64,000 bases of DNA from an uncultured Candidatus Saccharibacteria bacterium (GCA_964474435.1 CAYYSI010000002.1:92260-156259); one strand, 5' to 3'. Counted from the stretch's first letter, positions 1-10,147 are shown. Translations and numbers: made by a program. Notes: generated by a model not told the origin, from the letters alone.

Positions 1-127
1 AGTCGTTATAAGTAAGATGTCTTTATAGGATAGCACCAGTCGGAACCAAAGCGTCCTGCGCCGAGATCTAGAACCGTAGCTGACTGCTTAGAGATTAGAG
101 CCTTCTTGATATACAATAGGTTTGTGA

Positions 128-1159
128 ATGTCTGATGACAGCATAGCATATATAAATATTATGTCAACCCCTACACCCAACCCTCTCGAACGCGCACCTG
201 ACGAACAATTTTCGGATACTGTGTTGCGTCCGGGATCGTTTGATGATTACATTGGCCAGTCTCATATTAAAAAAAACCTGTCGATACTCATCGGTGCCGC
301 AAAAGAGCGCGGACATTCCCCTGAACACATTCTTTTTTATGGTCCACCAGGGCTTGGCAAGACCACACTCGCACATGTTATTGCAAAAGAAGTTGGCGCA
401 AACATTCGTGTAACATCTGGACCTGCGATTGAGCGCGTTGGCGACCTTGCAGCGATCCTTACCAACCTCCAACCAGGCGACATGCTCTTCATCGACGAGA
501 TCCATCGCCTCAACAAGGCGATCGAGGAAGTCCTCTACCCCGTCATGGAGACCGGCAAGATGGACATCATGATCGGCAAGGGCCCGAGTGCGCGCACGGT
601 ACAACTCGACCTTCCACCATTTACACTCGTCGGCGCAACAACACGATTTGGCATGCTCTCAGCTCCGCTTCGCTCTCGATTCTCTGGGGGCGCATTTCGA
701 CTGGAGTTCTACTCTGATGATGAAATCAGTACGATCCTTGGTCGCTCTGCAAACATCCTCGATATCAACATGCCAAAGGAAATGCTTGGTTCTATTGCGT
801 CACGTTCTCGCCAGACTCCCCGCATTGCCAACTACCTCCTGCGCCGTGTCCGCGACTATGCGCAAATGCAAAAGAAAGATATTAGCGATGACTCAATCAA
901 AGAAGCATTTAAACTCCTCGGCCTTGATGAAAACGGACTCTCTGCAAACGACATCCTTATATTGAAAACACTCAAAGAAAAATTTAACGGTGGTCCAACG
1001 GGTGTGAAAAACCTCGCAGCAGCAACTGGCGAAGATGAAGGCACCATCGAAGACGTCGTTGAGCCGTATCTGATACAGCTTGGATTGATTGAGAGAACAT
1101 CGAGAGGGCGTGTGTTGAGTGAAAAAGGTAAGCAATATTTAGAAAATGCAGGAAAATAA
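128..1159 (+). CDS. ruvB: Holliday junction branch migration helicase RuvB
   Basis: Walker A GPPGLGKTTLAHVIA, Walker B DEIHRL and RuvB C-terminal winged-helix region; ATG verified at 128. Confidence 0.9.
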   Translation: MSDDSIAYINIMSTPTPNPLERAPDEQFSDTVLRPGSFDDYIGQSHIKKNLSILIGAAKERGHSPEHILFYGPPGLGKTTLAHVIAKEVGANIRVTSGPAIERVGDLAAILTNLQPGDMLFIDEIHRLNKAIEEVLYPVMETGKMDIMIGKGPSARTVQLDLPPFTLVGATTRFGMLSAPLRSRFSGGAFRLEFYSDDEISTILGRSANILDINMPKEMLGSIASRSRQTPRIANYLLRRVRDYAQMQKKDISDDSIKEAFKLLGLDENGLSANDILILKTLKEKFNGGPTGVKNLAAATGEDEGTIEDVVEPYLIQLGLIERTSRGRVLSEKGKQYLENAGK

Positions 1160-1640
1160 TCTCATTCTCGCCATAGATCCTGGATACGACCGCGTCGGCG
1201 TTGCCATTGTGGAGCCAGGGCGACCGTCGAAACTTGTGGACTCACTCTGTATTGAAACCAGTAAAAAAGATCTCCAAGAAGTGCGCCTGTTTCAGATCTA
1301 TACACAAGTCACCAAGCTTATAGAAAAATACAGTCCCACCCATATCGCACTCGAAACACTCTTTTTCTCTGTGAATAAAAAGAGTGCGATGAAGGTTGCG
1401 GAGAGTCGTGGAGTGATCGTACTCATTGCAGGACAACATCATCTCCCTCTCATTGAACTCTCGCCACAAGAAGTGAAACTTGCGATGGCAGGAGTGGGCA
1501 ATGCCGACAAAAAGCAGGTCCAAAAGATGGTAGAACTCACACTGAAAATTGATATTTCCAAAAGAATCGATGATGAAATCGATGCGATTGCGCTTGGATT
1601 TGCAGCCGCAGAAGCAATACGTGTTAAAAGCTTTCAATAA
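1146..1640 (+). CDS. ruvC: Crossover junction endodeoxyribonuclease RuvC
   Basis: N-terminal LAIDPGYDRVGVAIVE catalytic Asp motif, about 160 aa; overlaps ruvB stop by 14 nt, consistent with translational coupling. Confidence 0.85.
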   Translation: MQENNLILAIDPGYDRVGVAIVEPGRPSKLVDSLCIETSKKDLQEVRLFQIYTQVTKLIEKYSPTHIALETLFFSVNKKSAMKVAESRGVIVLIAGQHHLPLIELSPQEVKLAMAGVGNADKKQVQKMVELTLKIDISKRIDDEIDAIALGFAAAEAIRVKSFQ

Positions 1641-1718
1641 ATACAAAAGTTCACTTGCAAAGAAAACAGTAGTTTGCTACAACATAGTGTATAAAAATTA
1701 ATTTCAATTATTTCACCA

Positions 1719-1973
1719 ATGACTACAGACGACGATTTTAAAGAATTAACAGGACCTGATGCACTCGATGTGAGTGCAGGCGATGCCGATGGTATTGTCG
1801 AAATCGATGAAGAAGAAGTTCCTGCAGTCGTCGAAGACGATGCTTTAGAAACTGATGGGTTTGGGCTCAACGGTCGTCCAAAAGAAGATGGTGAAGAAGC
1901 AGAAGACCCTGATGATGACTACTCTGCAATGGAAGCATTGCTCATGGAAGCAAACGGCTGGGAAGAACGATAA
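1719..1973 (+). CDS. small acidic hypothetical protein (D/E-rich)
   Basis: 84-aa ORF with ATG start, followed by a hairpin terminator; no recognisable domain. Confidence 0.35.
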   Translation: MTTDDDFKELTGPDALDVSAGDADGIVEIDEEEVPAVVEDDALETDGFGLNGRPKEDGEEAEDPDDDYSAMEALLMEANGWEER

Positions 1974-1974
1974 A

Positions 1975-2003
1975 TAAAATCTCCTCATATCGAGGAGTTT
2001 TTA
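1975..2003. terminator. bidirectional rho-independent terminator
   Basis: aaaat-CTCCTC-atatc-GAGGAG-tttttatttattt hairpin flanked by A and T tracts, lying between convergent genes. Confidence 0.6.
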
Positions 2004-2004
2004 T

Positions 2005-2436
2005 TTATTTCTTTTCTGCTCGTTTCTCGACACACTTGGGACAGAGACATCCTTTTGGTTTGATGTATTCGTTCCAGTATTCTTTGCCGTAGTCATAGCA
2101 GAGCTCTTCACCAGGAGCAATGTTCTTGATCGCAGAAATATACACACGACCTGCTGCAGTATCAGGCTCACAATTGGCGCGACATGAGTGGTTGATATAG
2201 CGTGCGATATTTTTGCGTGTGGTGCCATCGATGTGGCGATTGGATGATGTCTCAAAGAGATATCGTCCGCCACGTCGGTTTGCTTCGGCGGCAGTGATCA
2301 CTTCTCCGAAGTATTCGATGACACAGTCGCCCTTTTTGATCGGTACCTTTGCAAAGAGACCGAGGCCATTGATGCCGCGTTTGACGACGAGGTCGTGTGG
2401 GGTTTTGTATTTGGGGACATATTTTGGGGATGACAT
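2005..2436 (-). CDS. SET-domain protein (putative protein-lysine methyltransferase)
   Basis: Motifs GxG...YINHSCxPN-like (RYINHSCRANCE), ELCYDYG and a C-terminal Cys cluster (post-SET). The ATG at 2436 was chosen because the longer track ORF overlaps the upstream gene and has a low-complexity N-terminus. Confidence 0.7.
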   Translation of the reverse strand: MSSPKYVPKYKTPHDLVVKRGINGLGLFAKVPIKKGDCVIEYFGEVITAAEANRRGGRYLFETSSNRHIDGTTRKNIARYINHSCRANCEPDTAAGRVYISAIKNIAPGEELCYDYGKEYWNEYIKPKGCLCPKCVEKRAEKK

Positions 2437-2452
2437 GAGTGAAAAGTATACC

Positions 2453-3310
2453 TTATGCTCGCCATTTGGCGTAGATACCTGTCGAGAGGACGCGATCGCT
2501 CTCTGATTGAATAATACCAATATCACCATATGAAATAGTTCCTGTCGGCAATACTTCATGGAGAAGCTCTCCAAATGTTCGTGCGGAGTATCCTGATGCA
2601 TAGCCGTTGAGGATGACGAGTTTTGCATTTGGTGAGAGGAGTTGTGGGATGAGGGTGAGGAATTCTTTGAGGGATTCTTCGATTTTCCATACTTCCCCTT
2701 TGGGGCCGCGACCAAATGCCGGTGGGTCCATGACGATGACTTCGAATGTTTCCTCGCGCTGTATCAAACGCTTTGCGTATTTAAATGCGTCTTCACAGAT
2801 CACTCGAACTGAGTCTTTTGAAAGTCCTGACTGCAAAATATTTTCTTTGACTGTCTCAATTGTACTTTTGGATGCATCGACATGGGTTACTTGCATACCA
2901 GCGATCGCTCCGGCAACGCTCGCAGCTCCTGTGTATCCAAAGAGGTTGAGCATGCGCAACCCTGTGTGCTTCTTGCCAAGTGCGAGCAATTCTTCCCATT
3001 GATGTGAGTGCTCGGGAAATATACCGATATGTTTGAATCCTTTCAGTGAAAGCGCGAGTGTCATATCTTTCCAATCGATGTTCCATGATTCTCCAACACC
3101 ATTTCCAAGCTTCCATCGCTCCCCTTTATCTGCCCAGACAAACTGTGCTTGTGCATCTACCCATGCGCTTGGATGTGAAGTATTCCAGAGTACTTGTGGA
3201 TCAGGACGATCGAGGAGTACTCCACCGATGCGCTCAAGCTTCCTGCCATCTCCCGAGTCGATAAGCTCGTATTGATCCCACCCTTTTGTTGTCACATCTT
3301 CTCGTTTCAT
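2453..3310 (-). CDS. class I SAM-dependent rRNA methyltransferase (RlmI/RlmK-like)
   Basis: GYTGAASVAGAIAG SAM-binding motif, an upstream PUA-like region and the DPPAFG motif typical of RlmI-family 23S rRNA m5C methyltransferases. Confidence 0.7.
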   Translation of the reverse strand: MKREDVTTKGWDQYELIDSGDGRKLERIGGVLLDRPDPQVLWNTSHPSAWVDAQAQFVWADKGERWKLGNGVGESWNIDWKDMTLALSLKGFKHIGIFPEHSHQWEELLALGKKHTGLRMLNLFGYTGAASVAGAIAGMQVTHVDASKSTIETVKENILQSGLSKDSVRVICEDAFKYAKRLIQREETFEVIVMDPPAFGRGPKGEVWKIEESLKEFLTLIPQLLSPNAKLVILNGYASGYSARTFGELLHEVLPTGTISYGDIGIIQSESDRVLSTGIYAKWRA

Positions 3311-4209
3311 TATTTTTTAACTGCAGCTGCAAGTGCCTCGGGAAGTGTTGGATGTGTGAACACAAAGCCTTTGTCGATCAATAGTTGTGAGCTCACGCGC
3401 TGACTTCGTGTCAGTTCGCTCATAAAGTCGCCAAACAGTGCCTTCGCGATGAACTTTGGAATAGTACCGAGTACTCGTCGATGTATTGCTTGCCCAAGCA
3501 TTTGCATAAACGTTGTGTGCATGACTTGCTGTGGTGCTGCAGCATTGACGAAGCCTTGGAGTGTCGACGTCTGAAGCGCAAAGAGGTAGGTGTTGACGAT
3601 GTCGTCCTCGTGAATCCATGGCTGCCAAAAATCTTTTTTGGAAAGCTTTAAAAGAAATCCAAATCGTGCACTTCGACGCAACTGGGCGATCATGCCGCCG
3701 TGCCCCACGACTGGCGCAGTGCGTATACAGACAACACGTGTCCCAAAGCTCTCTGCCTTGTGTGCTTCTGCTTCCCATGCAGCCACAACATCGGCGAGAA
3801 ATCCGCTGCCTTGCGGTGAGCGCTCTGTGAGTTCTTCACCTCCTCGCTCTCCATAAAACCCAACTGCAGATGCATTGATGAGGATGCTCGGTCGGCTCGT
3901 TGCCCCCTGCATGCTCTCGACGATATGGCGCGTGCTTATGATACGACTGTCGCGAATTGCCTTCATCTTTTCAAGGGTCCATTTTTTATTGATTGGCTCG
4001 CCGACAAGGTTGATGACTGCATCGGTGTGCTCAAGTACGTTGAACGGGAGCTGCTGCGTCGTGATGTCGCATTGGATGAAGAAGAGTTGGGCATGGGTAA
4101 AGACTGGCGGGAAGCGATCAACGACGATCACGGTGTCCCCAAGGGCGAGAAGTTTCTTTGCGAGTTGGGTTCCGATGAAGCCAGAACCTCCTGTAAGGAC
4201 AATAGTCAT
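3310..4209 (-). CDS. TIGR01777-family NAD-dependent epimerase/dehydratase (YfcH-like)
   Basis: N-terminal Rossmann motif TGGSGFIGTQL; length and C-terminal DUF1731-like region. Confidence 0.7.
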   Translation of the reverse strand: MTIVLTGGSGFIGTQLAKKLLALGDTVIVVDRFPPVFTHAQLFFIQCDITTQQLPFNVLEHTDAVINLVGEPINKKWTLEKMKAIRDSRIISTRHIVESMQGATSRPSILINASAVGFYGERGGEELTERSPQGSGFLADVVAAWEAEAHKAESFGTRVVCIRTAPVVGHGGMIAQLRRSARFGFLLKLSKKDFWQPWIHEDDIVNTYLFALQTSTLQGFVNAAAPQQVMHTTFMQMLGQAIHRRVLGTIPKFIAKALFGDFMSELTRSQRVSSQLLIDKGFVFTHPTLPEALAAAVKK

Positions 4210-4380
4210 AATAGTCTAATGGTATCACGCGCCTCCATAGCCGTATGTGGTACACAACAAAATAGCCCTGGCGTCATCTTTTCCCGGAAGTAGATCTTGG
4301 TATAACACTTTGTGCATGTTGCAGAACAACAATCCCAAGGCTCACTTCCGGGTTTTGCAAAACCTATGATCTAGGCTAGT

Positions 4381-4548
4381 ATGCGGCGTATGGATACCTT
4401 CCTCGATATCGCCGAAACCGTGCTTTTGGCAATACTCAACTTTGCATACTTTGTGATACTCTCACTGATCTTTTTGCCTGCGTTTTTCATCGTCACCTAT
4501 CTCCAAAAAACATGGGAGGAATCGATGAAAAAGACACTCGGGCTCTAG
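4381..4548 (+). CDS. candidate small membrane protein (55 aa)
   Basis: ATG...TAG ORF below the track cutoff, with one hydrophobic helix (VLLAILNFAYFVILSLIFLPAFFIV); speculative. Confidence 0.2.
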   Translation: MRRMDTFLDIAETVLLAILNFAYFVILSLIFLPAFFIVTYLQKTWEESMKKTLGL

Positions 4549-5738
4549 ACTATTTTGATAAATCGATTTTTACCAACCTTGTAGGTACCCGTGAGTACAA
4601 CCGTCGTGTCGGTTATTTTTTCTTTTGATTCAAAATCTGAAATAGCTCCTGCTTCAACAAGTCTGCGGAGCGCGCTTTTGGATTCAACGATTCCTTCATC
4701 AATGAGCAGGGTTTCGAGTGTGCGACCCTTGCCGACAAATTCGGTAATCGCATCACTTACTTCTCTCTGTTGAAATGTCGCCACAAATGCAGCTTCGGCT
4801 TTGACGGCATCAGCATCACTTGTACAAGTTTTCACAATTTCAAATGCCAAGCGCATTTTGATGTCGCGTGGATTGATACCCTTTTGCAATTCGTCTGCAA
4901 TATTTTTTACTTGTGTGAGCGTGTAGTCAGTGCAGAGCTCAAACCCTGAAAGAATCATACCATCGGTCCATGACATTACTTTTCCATAAATGTCTGCAGG
5001 TGTATCGGTAAATGCAATCATATTTCCTTCACTTTTTCCCATCTTTTTGCCGTTTGCATCTGCGAGAAGCTTCATTGTGATGACAAACTTTTCTTTATTC
5101 TTTAGCTGTTTGAGGAGTGTGCGTCCTGCAAGCATATTGAAGAGTTGATCGTTGCCACCAACTTCTCCATCAACATCCATTGCGACCGAATCGTAGCCTT
5201 GCATGAGTGGGTACATGAACTCGTGTATGTAAATTGGTTTCTCTTCCTCCATGCGTTTCTGGAACATGTCGCGCTTGAGCATTTGGTCCACTGTCATGTT
5301 GGATGCGAGTGATAGTACATCTGCAAACTTCATCTTGCCGAGCCATTTATTGTTGAACTTCACCGTTGCAGCATTTGCACCAGAGAAACGAATAAATTTA
5401 GAAGCCTGTTTTTTGTATAGCTTGAGATTGGTTTTGATTTCTTTCTCAGTCAGTTGTGCTCGTGCAGCACCTTTGTCAGTTGGATCACCAATGCGAGCAG
5501 TGAAGTCTCCGATCAGAAAGATGATCTTGTGTCCAAGGTCCTGGAAATGGCGAAGCTTGCGAAGCGTAATCGCATGCCCAATATGGAGCGTTGCTGCGGT
5601 CGCATCATACCCACAATATATCGTGAGTTTCTTGCCACTCTTGAGTGCTGTCTCCACAAACCCCTTACTTGGTAATATCTCCGCAACTCCCTTCTCAAGC
5701 AATGTCTGAATTTTCTCCTCCTTGTCCATGTGTTCCAT
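4545..5738 (-). CDS. tyrS: tyrosine--tRNA ligase
   Basis: Class I HIGH (TLHIGHAITL) and KMSKS (KMGKSEGN) motifs with a C-terminal S4-like domain. Confidence 0.9.
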   Translation of the reverse strand: MEHMDKEEKIQTLLEKGVAEILPSKGFVETALKSGKKLTIYCGYDATAATLHIGHAITLRKLRHFQDLGHKIIFLIGDFTARIGDPTDKGAARAQLTEKEIKTNLKLYKKQASKFIRFSGANAATVKFNNKWLGKMKFADVLSLASNMTVDQMLKRDMFQKRMEEEKPIYIHEFMYPLMQGYDSVAMDVDGEVGGNDQLFNMLAGRTLLKQLKNKEKFVITMKLLADANGKKMGKSEGNMIAFTDTPADIYGKVMSWTDGMILSGFELCTDYTLTQVKNIADELQKGINPRDIKMRLAFEIVKTCTSDADAVKAEAAFVATFQQREVSDAITEFVGKGRTLETLLIDEGIVESKSALRRLVEAGAISDFESKEKITDTTVVLTGTYKVGKNRFIKIV

Positions 5739-5793
5739 ATATGGAGAGATTGTAGCATTTTCTATTATAGGTGGATATTTGTATACTATCGGT

Positions 5794-6222
5794 ATGAAAC
5801 GTATCTTTACTCGGCTCCATATATACCTCAGTCACCACTCATTCCTCTATGCCCTCATTGTTGGCATTGCCATCGTCCTCTTTTGGCGCGGCGTGTGGCA
5901 CACAGTAGACCTCCTCCATCTCTATATCAGTCACTATCATGCAACTGCGAGCATCGACTTCTCTGAGCATCCATGGTGGGACGGTCCTCTCTCATTCGTC
6001 GTGGGCTGTATCGTCTTGTACATCTCTCGCGCATTTGTCTCAAGCTTCATCGGTAACGAACTCATCCTCTCGGGCCTCCGCACAGAAAAAAAGATCACTC
6101 GCCAGACTGACTCAGACCTTAAGACAGAAGTCACAGCCATCTCCGAGATCAAAGAAGAAATCGAAACCATCACCCGCAAACTCGGCGACCTCGAATCCCA
6201 AATCAAAGATCATCATACATAA
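5794..6222 (+). CDS. hypothetical membrane protein with C-terminal coiled coil
   Basis: Internal ATG at 5794 chosen (the track ORF overlaps the tyrS start); 2-3 predicted TM helices. Confidence 0.45.
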   Translation: MKRIFTRLHIYLSHHSFLYALIVGIAIVLFWRGVWHTVDLLHLYISHYHATASIDFSEHPWWDGPLSFVVGCIVLYISRAFVSSFIGNELILSGLRTEKKITRQTDSDLKTEVTAISEIKEEIETITRKLGDLESQIKDHHT

Positions 6223-6280
6223 AACCAGATTGTAAGGAAGTGATGAACCGCTTCGTCTTCTATAAATAGCTTTATTTGCT

Positions 6281-8806
6281 ATGATAGCTAGTATGCCAAA
6301 GAAAAAACACTCACTTAAAGAATGGTTCAAAAACCTGCACTGGAAGAAGATCTGGTTCATCTGCCTTACAGCATTTTTCGTCCTTGTAGGATTCGGGTTG
6401 ATATGGGCTGCGACGATCAGGCTCCCTGATGTCTCGACATTTGAGGCTCGCAAGATTGCAAATTCGTCCAAGATCACCGACAAGACCGGCGAAGTCGTCC
6501 TCTATGACATCAACCAAGGTGTGCGACGTACCGAGATCCCTTTTGATCAAATGGGTGACAATATCAAGCACGCAGTTGTCTCGATCGAAGACGCGCACTT
6601 TTATACCCACAAAGGTATACGTCCAACATCGATCATCAGAGCGATCTTTGTAAACATTTTCTCAGGAAGCTTCTCACAAGGAGGTTCAACTCTCACACAA
6701 CAGATCATCAAAAATACCCTCCTCAACACTGATAAGACTGTCGTGCGCAAGTTTAAGGAATGGGTACTCGCAATCAAACTCGAGCGACACTTCACCAAGG
6801 ACCAGATCCTCACAATCTACCTCAACGATGCACCATTTGGAAGCACGATCTATGGTGTTCAAGAAGCATCCAAGGCATTTTTCCTCAAGGATGCCAAAGA
6901 CCTCACTGTTGCAGAGAGTGCGTACCTCGCCGCAATGATGCCTGCACCGAGCTACTACTCCCCATTTGGGAAACATAAGGACAAGCTCGATGAACGCAAA
7001 AATCTCGTGTTGTCCAAAATGAAAGAATATGGACACATCACCGACGAGCAGTACCTCGCCGCAAAGACTGAGACAGTGACATTCAACATTAGTGCATCCA
7101 ACAGTATCAAGGCTCCACACTTTACGTTTTGGATCCTCGACTACCTTGAACAAAAGTATGGGAAAGACGTGATGGAGAGTGGAGGCTTTACGATCAAGAC
7201 AACGCTTGATTTCGAGATGCAGCAAAAGGCAGAAGAAGCAATCGCACAATACGCCGAGTCAAACCTCAAGAAATACAATGCATCAAACGAAGCACTTGTT
7301 GCAATCGATCCTACCACTGGGCAAATACTCGCAATGGTTGGTTCAAAGGACTACTTCAGCAAGGACATTGATGGAGCGTACAATATCGCGACTGCAAACC
7401 GACAACCGGGTTCATCATTCAAGCCATTTGCATATCTCACTGCATTTGCTGAAGGGTATACCCCAGAAACCGTACTCTTTGATGTACCAACAGAGTTTTC
7501 AACAAGTTGTGATGCGAGTTCAAACCCAATCAATGGAAACACTGCAAAGGATTGTTATCACCCACAAAACTTTGATGGGAAATTCAAAGGTCCTATTTCA
7601 CTCCGAAGCGCAATTGCAGAGTCACGCAACGTACCATCTGTGAAACTCCTCTACCTCGCAGGAGTCGATGATGTCGTGAAAAATGCGCACGCACTTGGTA
7701 TTACAACACTTCAAAATCCAAAAGAAATCGGTCTCTCGCTCGTACTCGGAGGTGGCGAAGTTACCCTTCTCGATATGACGAGCGCATACAGTACGTTTGC
7801 AAACAGTGGCCTGCGCAATCCAGCAACTGGCATCCTCTCAGTCACTGATCACTCTGGCAAAGTACTCGAGGAGTTTGAACCTGACACCCAACAAGTGATT
7901 GATAAAAATGCAGTGCTAACACTCAATGATGTCCTCTCTGATGCAACTGCCCGTGTTCCAACCTTTGGGTCATCAATCACGATCCCAGGTGTTGCTGTGA
8001 AAACTGGTACCACCAACGACGATCGCGATGCGTGGATTATGGGCTATACTCCTACACTTGCAGTGGGTGTATGGTCTGGAAATAATGATAATAAATCGAT
8101 GCACTCTGGTGGTGGTGCAGTCTCTGGACCAATCTGGAAAACATTTATGGAAGGATATCTCAAAGAACATCCCTCACCTGCATTTGAAAAACCAATACCT
8201 GATCCAGAGTACGACTCCCTTAAACCAATCCTTCGTGGCCAATGGATGGGAAACCACGCAGTTGAGATAGATAGTGTGACCGGACTTCGTGCAACTGATG
8301 CCACACCTGCAGCCTCTCGTATTGAAAAGATTATTACTGATGTCCAAGACATCTTGTACTGGGTAGATAAAAAAGATCCACGTGGTCCTGCACCAAGCAA
8401 CCCGAACTCTGACCCACAATTTCACCTTTGGAATCCTCCAGTACAGACATGGTGGGCAAACAACTACAGTAACTATCCTGGAACAACATTTGCTGATATC
8501 CCGACTGGATATGACACTGTCCACACCAACGATACTGCGTCAACGATCACGATCAGTGGAGTCTCAGGTGAAATGAGTGCACAGACTCCGACTGTTATTT
8601 CTGTGGGAACAACAGGACAATACCCACTCACGTCAGTTGATCTCTTTATTAACAACAAATACCTCACCACTCTCTCGTCTCCATATCGTCTCATCTTTAC
8701 TCCATCTGAGTATGGCTATAGTAGTGGCACCTACACACTCAAAGCAACAGGGACTAATAGTATTTTCTCAAAACAAAGTACTGAAAAAACATTTACCGTT
8801 ATCTAA
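6281..8806 (+). CDS. penicillin-binding protein 1A (bifunctional glycosyltransferase/transpeptidase) with C-terminal extension
   Basis: GT51 motifs (EDxxFxxHxG, GGSTLTQQ), transpeptidase SxxK (SSFKP), SRN and KTGT; N-terminal TM anchor. Confidence 0.85.
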   Translation: MIASMPKKKHSLKEWFKNLHWKKIWFICLTAFFVLVGFGLIWAATIRLPDVSTFEARKIANSSKITDKTGEVVLYDINQGVRRTEIPFDQMGDNIKHAVVSIEDAHFYTHKGIRPTSIIRAIFVNIFSGSFSQGGSTLTQQIIKNTLLNTDKTVVRKFKEWVLAIKLERHFTKDQILTIYLNDAPFGSTIYGVQEASKAFFLKDAKDLTVAESAYLAAMMPAPSYYSPFGKHKDKLDERKNLVLSKMKEYGHITDEQYLAAKTETVTFNISASNSIKAPHFTFWILDYLEQKYGKDVMESGGFTIKTTLDFEMQQKAEEAIAQYAESNLKKYNASNEALVAIDPTTGQILAMVGSKDYFSKDIDGAYNIATANRQPGSSFKPFAYLTAFAEGYTPETVLFDVPTEFSTSCDASSNPINGNTAKDCYHPQNFDGKFKGPISLRSAIAESRNVPSVKLLYLAGVDDVVKNAHALGITTLQNPKEIGLSLVLGGGEVTLLDMTSAYSTFANSGLRNPATGILSVTDHSGKVLEEFEPDTQQVIDKNAVLTLNDVLSDATARVPTFGSSITIPGVAVKTGTTNDDRDAWIMGYTPTLAVGVWSGNNDNKSMHSGGGAVSGPIWKTFMEGYLKEHPSPAFEKPIPDPEYDSLKPILRGQWMGNHAVEIDSVTGLRATDATPAASRIEKIITDVQDILYWVDKKDPRGPAPSNPNSDPQFHLWNPPVQTWWANNYSNYPGTTFADIPTGYDTVHTNDTASTITISGVSGEMSAQTPTVISVGTTGQYPLTSVDLFINNKYLTTLSSPYRLIFTPSEYGYSSGTYTLKATGTNSIFSKQSTEKTFTVI

Positions 8807-9050
8807 TCGACGAAACCTTAATCTGTTTTTCACGAAGCGCTTCGATAAGCGCTTCTTTTTTTAACAAGATTGCCATCTTTACTGGAGGTGCGGCGTTGAT
8901 GTAGAGCACACCACTTTTTAGTGTTATACCATCTTTGGAAAGAGAGATATGGAGTATTGAAGCAACACACTCAATCACGACATCTTTGTACGCGTGTTCG
9001 GCATCGATTTTCTTTTTAAGGTTATGAAGGATACTGTCAAAAAGTGACAT
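8799..9050 (-). CDS. DUF721/DciA-like small protein downstream of dnaN
   Basis: 83 aa, position immediately 3' of dnaN, and a hydrophobic pattern typical of DUF721 (LYINAAPPVKMAILLKKEALIEALREK). Confidence 0.45.
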   Translation of the reverse strand: MSLFDSILHNLKKKIDAEHAYKDVVIECVASILHISLSKDGITLKSGVLYINAAPPVKMAILLKKEALIEALREKQIKVSSIR

Positions 9051-9055
9051 AGATG

Positions 9056-10147
9056 TTAACGATTGGTTGGCATCAAGAGATAGAGGAAACTTGTGTCATT
9101 TACACTACGCACGACGATCGGTTTATTGGGAGTAGTAAATGAGAGTGAGACACTATCACCTGGAAGCGCTTGAAACACATCGAGGAAATACTTAAGATTA
9201 CAAACAACTTCGATCGGATCACCCTGGACAACTGAGTCAATAATAGAAAGTGATGAGCCGACGTCACTATTTTTAGAACTAATGCTGATCTGTTTTGATT
9301 CGGGATTGATCATAAATATGACTTGGAAAAATTTATCCGCGAATATAGTGGAGAGTTTGAGAGTGTTGAGGAGGTCTTGCTTCATCACGACGACCTTTGT
9401 ATTTTCTTCTTTTGGGATAATAAGCTGATATGGGGGAAATCCTCCATCAATGAGCCTAGATGTGAAATAGACACCATTTCCGCTCACTGAGAGCTGATTG
9501 CGAGTATATGAGATACGAGCAGTGTCTCCACAGACTTCGAGTGCACGAAGGAGATCGGCAATATTTTTATATGGAATTAAAATCTTGGAAATATCAGGGA
9601 AGTTTTTAATGACAACCTTTTTCTCTGCGAGGCGGAATGAGTCAGTTGCAACGAGATAGAGTGTGCCTCCTTCGGCATAAATATAAATACTTGAGATTTC
9701 GGGTTTGATCTCACTCACTGCTGCTGCAAAGTACACTGACTTGATCGCGTCTTGGAGGACTGTTGTCTTTATTTCTACAACATCTCCTTCAACTACTGGA
9801 AGCGCTGGGAAATCTTCTGGAAGAAGGGACTTGATGACCGTGGTCGTCTTTTGGGAAGTGATGGTGAGATTATCGTTTTCGAGTGTGAGTGTTACATCGC
9901 CCGTGAGGTTACTGCAGACATTGGCGAGGATATCCCCTTTGATCACGACAACACCATCTGTTTCGACTGCTGCTGCGATCTCTACTTCAATACCGACAGT
10001 GAGGTTAGTTGATCGGATCTTGATAGATTTACCTGTGGCCTGCAAAAGAATGGAATGAAGAATAGGAAGCGTGAGATGTTTACCCGTCATGCGATCAGCG
10101 AGTGTTACGGCATTTTTGAGTTTTTCTACTGAACAAGTAACTTTCAT
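9056..10147 (-). CDS. dnaN: DNA polymerase III beta sliding clamp
   Basis: Three-domain, 363-aa beta-clamp architecture; located immediately downstream of dnaA. Confidence 0.9.
   Translation of the reverse strand: MKVTCSVEKLKNAVTLADRMTGKHLTLPILHSILLQATGKSIKIRSTNLTVGIEVEIAAAVETDGVVVIKGDILANVCSNLTGDVTLTLENDNLTITSQKTTTVIKSLLPEDFPALPVVEGDVVEIKTTVLQDAIKSVYFAAAVSEIKPEISSIYIYAEGGTLYLVATDSFRLAEKKVVIKNFPDISKILIPYKNIADLLRALEVCGDTARISYTRNQLSVSGNGVYFTSRLIDGGFPPYQLIIPKEENTKVVVMKQDLLNTLKLSTIFADKFFQVIFMINPESKQISISSKNSDVGSSLSIIDSVVQGDPIEVVCNLKYFLDVFQALPGDSVSLSFTTPNKPIVVRSVNDTSFLYLLMPTNR

Noticed and set aside
164-1135. Multiple ORFs antisense to or overlapping ruvB (164-604, 588-965, 856-1047, 893-1135); similar shadow ORFs occur throughout the track
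   Set aside because: They lie entirely within confidently assigned genes on the other strand or frame, have no motifs and have an odd composition; treated as non-coding shadow ORFs
2005-2715. 236-aa extended version of the SET ORF
   Set aside because: The N-terminal 93 residues are low-complexity and overlap the 3' end of the upstream methyltransferase gene. The ATG at 2436 gives a canonical SET domain length
5739-5800. T-box leader upstream of tyrS
   Set aside because: Only about 55 nt lie between the tyrS start and the divergent or overlapping neighbouring ORF. That is no room for a specifier-loop/antiterminator structure, and no conserved T-box sequence is visible
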